Positions 30,767 through 39,469 of a DNA stretch of 64,000 nt are shown here, piece by piece. Position 1 is the stretch's first letter. Each line of letters begins with the position of its first letter. The DNA lies in assembly GCA_049970495.1 (NCBI GenBank), contig JBMFMV010000001.1, positions 45,425 to 109,424 of the forward strand, given 5' to 3'. The notes below the pieces were generated by a model that saw nothing but the letters and a program-made list of their open reading frames with translations, did not search any database and was not told where the DNA came from. Both the position numbers and the translations under genes were made by a program. This DNA comes from a bacterium. Its GTDB lineage: Bacteria; DUMJ01.

Positions 30767-30903
30767 AAAATCCCTCCTTCTTTATGTTATTAACTTCTCC
30801 CCTTCATATTACCTCACGATGAAAAATAAACCTTTTTATAGTGTCTCCACCAGATTATCTCCCGGTATCACCTCCTCATTACCCGAGATCAAACACCACT
30901 CTA

Positions 30904-30933
30904 AGTATACCACAAGAATAGAGAAAGCTTCAA
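30904..30933 (-). promoter_or_regulatory. Putative promoter of the Opp-type operon
   Basis: TTGAAG, 18 bp spacer, TGG-TATACT on the minus strand. Confidence 0.55.
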
Positions 30934-30988
30934 GTATGGGATGACTCTAGTGATTGATTGCTTAAGGGTTAAAGTCCCTCGTGATGAT

Positions 30989-31012
30989 GAAGGGGATATT
31001 GGAGTCCCCTTC
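30989..31012 (-). terminator. Hairpin after the ThuA-Gfo gene
   Basis: GAAGGGGA-N8-TCCCCTTC; weak U-tract. Confidence 0.5.
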
Positions 31013-31027
31013 GTTCCCAAAATTTAA

Positions 31028-32665
31028 TCATTCACATCCTTCTATTGGAGGAATACTAGTTCTTAACTGGGAGCTTCTTAATCCTGCCTCTATAACTCCT
31101 ATAACTCGTCTTGCCTGTTCTGGTTTTACTATCAGCGCCTCTTTCATCAATAGATGGTCTAGTATGTTACGGTAGTATTCATTCCAGCGATTTTCTGCTT
31201 CAACCCTTAATAAACTATCCTGCCTTATACCAGAGGCATATGATACAAGTCTAATCTCGTTATTCCAATTAGCCTCAATTGCACCTTTTGTTCCTAGGAT
31301 ACGCCATTTAGGTCTTGTGATAGCTGATATATGTGAAAGTATAAAATCAGCAGTAACTCCATTTTCAAATCTAATAAATATCTCTCCATAATCTTCATTA
31401 GTTACCGAATGCCAGACTCTCTTCTGAAAATCCCCTGTTATCTGGGTAATCTTAGACGGGACTAGGTTTAATATCCAATCTATAAAGTGAGCTCCCCAAT
31501 CGTGTATTACACTACCACATATCTCTCTATCAGAACGCCAGGTAAATCCAGGATGTCTATAGTTTTCAAGCCCTGCCTCTATATGAAATATATCACCAAT
31601 TAATCCACGTGAAATGAGGTCCTTAATCATTAAGTAATCACTATCCCATCTACGATTATGGAATACACTAAGCATAACTCCCTTTTCTCTAGCCTTGTTA
31701 ATCATAGTATTAGCCTCTTCTACAGTAATAGACATAGGTTTCTCTACCACCACATTTTTACCTGCCTCCAAACACCTAATTACGAATTCCGCATGCATAT
31801 TGTGTGGAATTACAACAAATATTAATTCCAATTCTTCCATGGCTAGCATATCATTTATATTAGTAAAATAGCCTTTAAGGTTAGGATACTCTTTTTTTGC
31901 TAGTTCGACTCTCTCTAGATTACTATCACATACTGCTATGAGATTCAATCCCTGAATCTGAGATGTCTTCTCCGCATGGAACCTTCCCATTCCACCATAA
32001 CCAAGTATCCCACAGTTCACAGTCTCTTTAATCAAATCTTCTCCAGAGGTCCAAGCTATAGAACGTATTATTAGTTTTTGAAGTTCAGGATGACTTAATG
32101 CCTGTAATGAGTGCCCATTTGCTAGATAGGCTACTCGTCCCTTACCGTACTCTTTGGTATAAACCATAGGGATCTCTTTACCTTGCCATATTGTATAAGC
32201 TATTAGTTTTACCTTACTGGGATCATAGTTCTGAAGATGATACATTTCATCGTAGATGCTAAAATCAGGCATACGAATAGTTAAGTAGTGGTTTTTATCT
32301 TTTAGGAATATCTTAAATTCATGCTGAGGAGGGTGAGTCAAGAATTCTCCTCCAATCATATCTATATAGGCACGACTACCACGAAAACTGTCTGTTGCAG
32401 AATGGATCCCAACAAAACCTCCGCCATTACTTACAAATTCTAGAAGTCCCTTTTCTCTTTCAGGAGTTAGATCATTATAGAATCCAGTAGTATATACTAC
32501 TACAGCTGAGTAATCTTTGTTAGGAAGGTCAATAAATACATCGAGGTTATTAGTCATTTCTAATTCAAACCTTCCATCATCTTCTAATAGAGCCTTTAAC
32601 AGTTTTCCTGCAGATTCTGTTGGATGAAACTCTGGTCCACCATAAATATATAAGACCTTCTTCAT
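31028..32665 (-). CDS. ThuA-like domain fused to Gfo/Idh/MocA oxidoreductase
   Basis: N-terminal GGGFVGIHSA.D, DEMY, YGKGRV.Y.A.GH (ThuA); C-terminal GYGGMG, VEKP, HNRRWD, DWGAH.ID. Confidence 0.88.
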   Translation of the reverse strand: MKKVLYIYGGPEFHPTESAGKLLKALLEDDGRFELEMTNNLDVFIDLPNKDYSAVVVYTTGFYNDLTPEREKGLLEFVSNGGGFVGIHSATDSFRGSRAYIDMIGGEFLTHPPQHEFKIFLKDKNHYLTIRMPDFSIYDEMYHLQNYDPSKVKLIAYTIWQGKEIPMVYTKEYGKGRVAYLANGHSLQALSHPELQKLIIRSIAWTSGEDLIKETVNCGILGYGGMGRFHAEKTSQIQGLNLIAVCDSNLERVELAKKEYPNLKGYFTNINDMLAMEELELIFVVIPHNMHAEFVIRCLEAGKNVVVEKPMSITVEEANTMINKAREKGVMLSVFHNRRWDSDYLMIKDLISRGLIGDIFHIEAGLENYRHPGFTWRSDREICGSVIHDWGAHFIDWILNLVPSKITQITGDFQKRVWHSVTNEDYGEIFIRFENGVTADFILSHISAITRPKWRILGTKGAIEANWNNEIRLVSYASGIRQDSLLRVEAENRWNEYYRNILDHLLMKEALIVKPEQARRVIGVIEAGLRSSQLRTSIPPIEGCE

Positions 32666-32785
32666 ACTCTTTTAGCCTCCTTTATATAAAGCTTTTACTT
32701 TTAGTAGAATTATACCACTGTTAAGAAAAATTTATACTATTCAGAAAAATCAACACTTATTGTTATTCCTAAGTTTCTTATAGTA

Positions 32786-33131
32786 CCTATATTCCGCAGG
32801 TATAGTATAATAAATTAAAATTTTCTCTTTTAAAAAGAATGGAGGAATAAAATTGAAAACTACTAAGGAAATCATAGAGGACATGAAGATAGCCACTACA
32901 AATCTGGACCATCTTGGTATAGTTGTAGGTATCTTTGACTAGATAGGTATTCAAGAAGTTATAGAAGAGAAGATACCTAAAAATAGACAGCATAAAGTCT
33001 CTCATTCTACTATAGTTAAGGCTATGGTCCTAAATGGTCTTGGTTATACAGAAAGAAGACTCTATCTTTTCCTACCAAACTCTTCACTGTGAAAAATATT
33101 ATAATTGAAAATGACACGTGCGGAATGTGGG
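32786..33131 (+). mobile_element. Internally deleted IS1634-family element (MITE-like remnant)
   Basis: Imperfect terminal inverted repeats (left CCTATATTCCGCAGGTAT; right end reverse complement CCCACATTCCGCACGTGT; 14/18 match) enclose transposase N- and C-terminal remnants. Confidence 0.75.
32853..33108 (+). pseudogene. IS1634-type (DUF4277) transposase pseudogene
   Basis: TTG after GGAGG; NLDHLGIVVGIFD*IG...VKAMVLNGLGY..RRLYLF with in-frame TAG at 32940; C-terminal HCEKYYN* in another frame. Confidence 0.78.
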
Positions 33132-33135
33132 TTAG

Positions 33136-33933
33136 ATTGGTAACTTCTTTATTAAAGACCATCCAAATGCTATAGAGCTCCCACCTGTAGAAGGAAGTGT
33201 AGAATTTAGAGATGTATATTTCTCCTATGATGGTTCCGAGATGGTCCTAAAGGGGATAGATCTTAAGGTAGAACCTGGTCAAACAGTAGCTATTGTTGGT
33301 CGTACTGGTGCTGGAAAGACCTCACTTATAAACTTACTCTGCAGATTCTATGATCCGACTAGTGGTTCTATTCTAATAGATGGATATGATATAAAGAGTG
33401 TAACCCTCAGCTCTTTAAGGAGACAGATAGGGGTAGTCTTGCAAGAACCATTCCTATTCTCTGGAACAATAAGAGATAATATGAAATATGGAAAGGAGAC
33501 AGCTAAGGATGATGAAATCTGGAGTGCTCTGGATATAGTAGGAGCTGGTGAGTTTGTGAGGAGATTACCCGATAAGTTAGATACCATTATCGGAGAAAGA
33601 GGCATAACGCTCTCTATGGGTCAGAGACAACTTTTATCCTTCACAAGGGTAATACTAGCTGATCCTAGGATTATAGTCCTAGACGAAGCCACATCAAATA
33701 TAGATACAGATACGGAACAACAGATTCAATCTGCATTAAGAACATTACTTAAAGGAAGAACCGCCTTTATCATAGCCCATAGATTATCTACAATAAGAGA
33801 GGCAGACTTAATAATCGTTATTGAAGATGGAAAGATTGTAGAAAGAGGAACGCATAGCGAACTTTTAAAACTTGGTGGCATATACTATAGAATGAATGTA
33901 GCCCAGTTTGACCCTACACTAGTAATGGTTTAA
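33136..33933 (+). pseudogene. 5'-truncated ABC exporter (nucleotide-binding domain only, membrane domain lost)
   Basis: Frame opens just after the IS end with the linker IKDHPNAIELPPVEGSVEFRDV; GRTGAGKT, LSMGQRQ, LDEATS, IAHRLST; no SD. Confidence 0.75.
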
Positions 33934-33939
33934 CTAGGG

Positions 33940-35679
33940 CTAATTCTTCCCTTCTAAGGCCTCTACTAAAGCCAATCTAAAATTGTAATAGTCTTTATTA
34001 TCTAAACTATAAAGGTCTTTTGGAGTCTTACTAGAAGCCGGATGAAACGCTTTTATGTCTTTCGTCTTGAGTACCTTGTCCCATAGAAGTTCCAATTCGT
34101 TCTCTCTACATGTCTCTTTAAACATCATCAACAATTCATAATCTTCTATCCCTCTTTTTAGATTCTTATATCTTAGGGTGAGTATAGGTCTTCCATCCTT
34201 ACCTGGATACACAAAGTTAGTATCTCCCGCTCTCCAATAGGGGAATCTATAAGAGATACGTTCTCTTGGATTCTCTGGCCATACCGTATAGTTCCATCTT
34301 AAGAAACCATCAAGGTTCATAAATGCTGTAAGTATCCCTATAAGTCTACTCTCTACCAGTGGCGAGCTTATAAAGGTATTTGGATAAGGCGGCCAGCAAC
34401 AGACATACCATAGTATACGTCCTTTTACTTTACTCTTCAATTCTTTCAGTATCTCCCACTTTTCACATACTCCGGGTAGTATAGGGACAAAATCGGAAAT
34501 TGTATCTTTAAATTCCTCTATAAATTCTGGATGATTTATTGCAGATTTAAACTTAAAACTAGGAGCTACTTCTTTTATGGTCTCTAAGCTTCTCCTATAC
34601 TTCTCTATATCTCCAGGCTCATCAGCAACTATTCTAACTTTATCTATGAGGTTCTTTTCCATAAAGAATTTCTCTATTGCCCTTATATAAGATTTGATCT
34701 CTTCTCCTCTTCTAATATATTTAAAAGCCCCATCTGTTCTGTCATAGTATCTTATCCTTATACCATCTGGATAGTCTTTCGCGATACCTATATAGCCATA
34801 ATCAGGATCAAGCCATATATTTATAAGTCCAAACACCTCTATCTCCTGACCTATTCCATATTTCATACAGAGATTTATATATCTTTCAACTGCAGAGAAG
34901 TCGTAGTGATATCCAGCCTCGTCCTTCTCAACTCTAATCATACTGTACTCAAAGAGATCGGAAGGATAATTCTTTACACGATAGCACCTCTGTCCCGACC
35001 AAGGAATTTCAGAGGCTATGACAGTTATTGCTTTTTGCCCTAAATCTGCCAAAGACTTTACATAGCCTTCTAGAATCTTAAAGTGCTCGTCACTCCATAG
35101 GTGAACCTCATGCTTTCGTGCTATATTAGATGGATGCTGCCATAGGTCCAAATAAAACTTAAAATCTCTAGGTTCAGGAAGCTCTACATCTCTTACCGAG
35201 ATTTTAAAATCAAAGGTCTTTACTAGCTCCTCATCTTCAAACATACATTGGGTATATATCTTCACCTTGCCAGTATATGTTCTAGGTAAAACGTCTCTAG
35301 GGATTTGTATCTCAATCCATACAGGCTGTATCTTTTCTTTTTCTACAAAGATTACCTCATCATGAAGTAATAGGTCTGCCTTATAAATCCTATCATCATC
35401 TTCTATAAAACCAACAGGAAAGGTCTTTACAGGTAAATCCTCAATACTACACTCTATTCTGATATTTCTTACTGGACCTCTAGGAGAAAAATTCGGCCTT
35501 TTACCAACATTTAGATAGAAGTCTTCATTTGATTTTAAAAGCAATTGTAAGACTGCCCAATCTCCCCTACACGTTATTAAATCATCAAAGATGCTTTCAA
35601 AGATAATGTCCTCACCATAGGAATCTATACCATAAGTAGCCTTATAACTCTCATCTACAAGAGTAGCCTTTAATTTCAT
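33940..35679 (-). CDS. DUF4091-domain, GH123-like putative glycoside hydrolase
   Basis: YLDLWQHP, ADEP, WYVC, GFLRWNY, GDTNFVYP, LRY..L..GIEDYE. Confidence 0.7.
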   Translation of the reverse strand: MKLKATLVDESYKATYGIDSYGEDIIFESIFDDLITCRGDWAVLQLLLKSNEDFYLNVGKRPNFSPRGPVRNIRIECSIEDLPVKTFPVGFIEDDDRIYKADLLLHDEVIFVEKEKIQPVWIEIQIPRDVLPRTYTGKVKIYTQCMFEDEELVKTFDFKISVRDVELPEPRDFKFYLDLWQHPSNIARKHEVHLWSDEHFKILEGYVKSLADLGQKAITVIASEIPWSGQRCYRVKNYPSDLFEYSMIRVEKDEAGYHYDFSAVERYINLCMKYGIGQEIEVFGLINIWLDPDYGYIGIAKDYPDGIRIRYYDRTDGAFKYIRRGEEIKSYIRAIEKFFMEKNLIDKVRIVADEPGDIEKYRRSLETIKEVAPSFKFKSAINHPEFIEEFKDTISDFVPILPGVCEKWEILKELKSKVKGRILWYVCCWPPYPNTFISSPLVESRLIGILTAFMNLDGFLRWNYTVWPENPRERISYRFPYWRAGDTNFVYPGKDGRPILTLRYKNLKRGIEDYELLMMFKETCRENELELLWDKVLKTKDIKAFHPASSKTPKDLYSLDNKDYYNFRLALVEALEGKN

Positions 35680-35795
35680 TCTCTTTTTTCCTCCTTATTA
35701 TAGCACTTATCTTCTTTCCAATTATACCTTAATTCTTTAAGTTATGGTATAATTTTAAAAACCCTAAAATAGATTAGTTGAGGGAGGGTTATCAT

Positions 35796-36362
35796 ATGGA
35801 TGTAACTGTAAAGTATTTTGAGACAAAGGGACAGGTAAATACAGATGAGACATTAAAGGTTGCCAAAGAGAGGGCTAAAGCCTTAGGGATAAAACAGGTT
35901 GTAGTAGCCTCTACTTACGGTGAAACAGGTAGGAAAGCTGTAGAAGTTTTTAAAGATACAGACATAAACCTTGTTATAGTTACTATATCTTACGGATTTA
36001 CCAAGGAAGGTTGGATTATGCCTGACAGTGTAAGAAAAGAGTTAGAGTCAAAGGGGGCAAAAGTCCTTACCTGTATACATGCCTTAGGGGATGATGTAAG
36101 TTCTGCCTTTAGCGGAAAATTTGGTGGACATAATCCTAATGAAATTATAGCTGAAGTCCTAAGGAGATTCTCTCAAGGGATGAAGGTTGCAGTAGAAATC
36201 ACTATTATGGCAGTAGAAGCTGGATTGATAGATGTAAACCAAGAGACAATAGCTATAGCTGGTACTGACAGGGGTGCTGATACAGCAATAGTAGTAAAAC
36301 CATCTTATGCAAGAGATTTTCTCTCTTTTGAGATAAGAGAGATATTAGCAAAGCCAAGATAG
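35796..36362 (+). CDS. Pyruvate-kinase C-terminal-like alpha/beta protein (MTH1675-like)
   Basis: YFE..G..NT..TL, VVAST.GETG, QGMKVAVEI..MA..AG, GT.RGADTA, EI..KPR. Confidence 0.8.
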   Translation: MDVTVKYFETKGQVNTDETLKVAKERAKALGIKQVVVASTYGETGRKAVEVFKDTDINLVIVTISYGFTKEGWIMPDSVRKELESKGAKVLTCIHALGDDVSSAFSGKFGGHNPNEIIAEVLRRFSQGMKVAVEITIMAVEAGLIDVNQETIAIAGTDRGADTAIVVKPSYARDFLSFEIREILAKPR

Positions 36363-36373
36363 GAGGATTTTAA

Positions 36374-37513
36374 ATGGAGAAAGTAAATTTTGCATTTATT
36401 GGCTGCGGGAGTATAGCAAACGCTCACTTAAAGGGGCTTAAATTATTGTGGGAAAATAACATAAGGACATTTGAGGTTTTAGCAGTATGTGATATTGATA
36501 TAGAACGTGCTCAGAGGATGGCTGAAGGTGTAAGCTCGTTCCAAAGCTATAAGCCAAGAGTCTACACTGAGGTGGATGAGATGCTAGAGAAAGAATCTGA
36601 GCTCCAGGCAGTAGATATATGCACAACTCATAAGGAGCACCATACTGTGGCTATTAAGTGCCTCTCTGCTAAGAAACACGTCACCATAGAAAAGCCACTA
36701 GCCCTTACTATAAGGTATGGGCGCATGATCTTAGAATCTGCAGAGAAGAATAAATGTATCCTTCAAGTAGCTGAGAATTATAGAAGAGCATTATCGGAAA
36801 GGACGATAAATTGGGCTATAAATTCCGGTAGAATTGGAATACCAAAGATGTTATTTTGGCTTGATATCTTTAATAGACCGTGGTATTGGGGGTGGAGAGA
36901 CCATAAAGATATAGCTGGTGGTGGATGGACACTAGATGGTGGGGTTCATTTTGCAGACCTATTCAGATACCACATAGGAGAAGTGGAAGAGTTATACGCT
37001 ATTGCAAAAACATATAACCCTATACGTTATAAGGATGGGGAGAACCTCACTGATCCTGTAGTGATAGATGTAGAAGATACAACGATGACTATCTTGTCCT
37101 TTAAAAATGGTGTAACTGGTACTTGGGTTCTTACAAATTCCGCCCCTGGAAAAGAAGAAAGGCTCAGAGCTATCTATGGAGATAAAGGCTCTATAGTGTG
37201 GGGAGAAGGGTTATATGTAGGGGACAGATATATACCCTTAGAAGAATTAGAGAGGGAATATTGGAATAATCTATCGGGAGATGAGAAAGAAAGATTATTC
37301 CCTGCAGGTATCAAAGATACAATAGCTATAGAGCTAAAAGAATTCTTTGATGCAATATTAGGAAAGGGGGAGATAGAGACTGCTGGAATAGTTGGCTTAA
37401 AGGATGAAGCTATAAGTATGGCGGTATATGAGTCAAGCTGGATAAACGCTCCTGTGAAAATAGAAGACATAGAGGAGTGTAGAATAGAGAATTATCAAAA
37501 GACACTAATGTAA
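36374..37513 (+). CDS. Gfo/Idh/MocA family oxidoreductase
   Basis: GCGSIA, IEKPLA, AENYR, GGGW.LDGGVH. Confidence 0.9.
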   Translation: MEKVNFAFIGCGSIANAHLKGLKLLWENNIRTFEVLAVCDIDIERAQRMAEGVSSFQSYKPRVYTEVDEMLEKESELQAVDICTTHKEHHTVAIKCLSAKKHVTIEKPLALTIRYGRMILESAEKNKCILQVAENYRRALSERTINWAINSGRIGIPKMLFWLDIFNRPWYWGWRDHKDIAGGGWTLDGGVHFADLFRYHIGEVEELYAIAKTYNPIRYKDGENLTDPVVIDVEDTTMTILSFKNGVTGTWVLTNSAPGKEERLRAIYGDKGSIVWGEGLYVGDRYIPLEELEREYWNNLSGDEKERLFPAGIKDTIAIELKEFFDAILGKGEIETAGIVGLKDEAISMAVYESSWINAPVKIEDIEECRIENYQKTLM

Positions 37514-37526
37514 GGAGGCAATAAGT

Positions 37527-37685
37527 ATGGGAAAGTGGCAGTGCACCATATGTGGGTATATTTATGACCCCCAAAAAGGTGATCCAGAAAACGGAATTTC
37601 AGCTGGTACCCCTTTTGAAGAACTACCTGAAGATTGGGTTTGTCCTGAGTGTGGAGCACCTAAAGAGGACTTTGAGGAAATTTAG
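37527..37685 (+). CDS. Rubredoxin (52 aa; not in the ORF track)
   Basis: [52 protein letters not shown] with two CxxCG motifs; SD AGGAGG. Confidence 0.97.
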   Translation: MGKWQCTICGYIYDPQKGDPENGISAGTPFEELPEDWVCPECGAPKEDFEEI

Positions 37686-37692
37686 AAATTAG

Positions 37693-37718
37693 CTGGGAGG
37701 CCAAAGCCTCCCAGTTTT
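37693..37718 (+). terminator. Intrinsic terminator
   Basis: CTGGGAGGC-CAAA-GCCTCCCAG followed by TTTT. Confidence 0.85.
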
Positions 37719-38390
37719 CTATAGCTCTCTAGCTAGAGTTATAACCCTCACTTCTTTTATACCTCTTTCTAATAAAATTTTACTAGCCTCATTTGTTGTT
37801 GCCCCTGTAGTATATACATCATCTATTAGAAGAACTTTTTTATCCTTTAGACTATTATCTTTCAATAGAAACGCTCTGCTAATATTATTTAATCTCTCTT
37901 CAATGTTTAGGTCAATAGAAGGCTTAGTCTCTTTTATTCTTATAAGAGATAAAGACATCGGAACATTAAGAATCTTACTTACTTCTAGTGCTAATACCTC
38001 AGCTTGATTGAATCCTCTAGTCCTCAGCCTTTCCTTTGATAGAGGGATCGGGACAATAAAATCTACATCCCATGCTAATTCCAATACAAATTTCCCAAGT
38101 ATCTTACCTAAAAATACCCCTAGATCTTTTCTCTTTTCAAATTTAAACCTTATTATGGCAGTCCTCATAACTCCATCGTATAGTGCATATGACCTTGCCT
38201 TAGAAAAATAAGGAGGAAAAGTCTTACATCTGTAACATATCATTTCTACCTCTAATGGGCTACCACAGATCCTGCACATAGGACCCTTGATGGGAGAAAT
38301 CTTAGAGAGACAATCATCACATATGGGGTCCTTACTTATCCTTTTACACACAAAACATCTCGATGGAAAGAGTAACTCTTTAAGAAACAT
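37719..38390 (-). CDS. comF: ComF family protein (zinc ribbon + phosphoribosyltransferase)
   Basis: LFP..C..C, CxxC pairs, PIPL....R.RGFNQ, LLIDDVYTTGAT; likely ATG at 38390. Confidence 0.9.
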   Translation of the reverse strand: MFLKELLFPSRCFVCKRISKDPICDDCLSKISPIKGPMCRICGSPLEVEMICYRCKTFPPYFSKARSYALYDGVMRTAIIRFKFEKRKDLGVFLGKILGKFVLELAWDVDFIVPIPLSKERLRTRGFNQAEVLALEVSKILNVPMSLSLIRIKETKPSIDLNIEERLNNISRAFLLKDNSLKDKKVLLIDDVYTTGATTNEASKILLERGIKEVRVITLAREL

Positions 38391-39135
38391 ACCTCGGAAA
38401 ACACAACCTTGTATTTTCAACAGTAACCTTAGATAGTTCTTCTAAGTCTACTCCTTTTATCTCTGCTATCTTCTTTGCTATGTATATCAGATAGGCAGGT
38501 TCATTCCTCCTTCCTCTATGAGGTTCTGGTGCAAGATAAGGGGCATCGGTCTCTAAGAGAATCCTATCAAGCGGACACCTTTTTACAACCTCTACAAGTT
38601 CCCTAGCATTACGAAATGTTACAGGACCATCAAAGCCAATAAAAAATCCAAAAGAGAGTGCCTCCTCTAAAAAGTAAAGTCCACCAGAATAGCAGTGAAG
38701 AACACCTCTTACATTATACCTCTTCAGTATATTGAATGCCTCTTTATATCCCTCTCTTATATGGAGGCTTACAGGTAAAGCCAAATCTTGAGCCAATGAG
38801 AGCTGTCTTTCAAAACTCTCCAGCTGAATATTTTTGGGAGACAAATGTTTATAGTAATCTAGCCCTATCTCTCCTATACCTAAGAGCTTTTTATTATCCT
38901 TTATACTACAGACCCAGTCAAGAAACTCTTCTGTACACTCACCAGCTGAATGGGGGTGTATACCAACAACTGCATAGACATCTCTATGCTGAGAAGATAG
39001 AGAAAGGGAAAACTTACTAGACTCAAAATCATAACCAACATTAATAAAACTCTTAACTCCTACCCCCCTAGCCCTATTTAAAATCTCTTCTATACTGTCA
39101 AATTCATCTAAGTGAACGTGTGTATCTATAAACAA
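38380..39135 (-). CDS. tatD: TatD family DNase
   Basis: IDTHVHL, GIHPH, IGEIGLDY, LETDAPYLAP..RG.RNEP. Confidence 0.93.
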   Translation of the reverse strand: MFIDTHVHLDEFDSIEEILNRARGVGVKSFINVGYDFESSKFSLSLSSQHRDVYAVVGIHPHSAGECTEEFLDWVCSIKDNKKLLGIGEIGLDYYKHLSPKNIQLESFERQLSLAQDLALPVSLHIREGYKEAFNILKRYNVRGVLHCYSGGLYFLEEALSFGFFIGFDGPVTFRNARELVEVVKRCPLDRILLETDAPYLAPEPHRGRRNEPAYLIYIAKKIAEIKGVDLEELSKVTVENTRLCFPRYVS

Positions 39136-39140
39136 GAATC

Positions 39141-39467
39141 TTACTTTACTTTAGCCCCTGGGGGCATCTCCTTATCTGGAGATAGGATGGATATGACGCC
39201 ATCGCTAGAGGCAGCAAGTATCATGCCGTTAGAAGTAATACCTCTTATAACTGCAGGCTTCAAGTTGGCAACAATAACTACCTCTTTTCCTATAAGGTCT
39301 TCTGGCTTATAAACTTCTGCTATACCAGCTACTAACTGCCTATACTCGGTACCTATATCTACAGTAAGTTGTAGAAGTTTTCTAGCTCCTTCAACATTTT
39401 TGGCATCTATAACTTTTCCTATCCTTAGGTCTATCCTTTGAAATTCTTCAATAGTTATCTCTTCCAT
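39141..39467 (-). CDS. Stand-alone MetRS C-terminal tRNA-binding OB domain (beta subunit, Trbp111-like)
   Basis: IDLRIGKV, RQLVAGIA, VANLKP..IRG..S.GMILAA; own SD GAGGTG. Confidence 0.9.
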   Translation of the reverse strand: MEEITIEEFQRIDLRIGKVIDAKNVEGARKLLQLTVDIGTEYRQLVAGIAEVYKPEDLIGKEVVIVANLKPAVIRGITSNGMILAASSDGVISILSPDKEMPPGAKVK

Positions 39468-39469
39468 GG

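Noticed and set aside
32940..32942. In-frame TAG in the transposase remnant as pyrrolysine or read-through
   Set aside because: The gene is also internally deleted, and TAG is a normal stop elsewhere in the window; it is a simple nonsense mutation.
35720..35754. Inverted repeat AATTATACC...GGTATAATT (similar at 13585-13607) as a transcription-factor operator
   Set aside because: It is explained more simply by back-to-back TATAAT -10 boxes of divergent genes.
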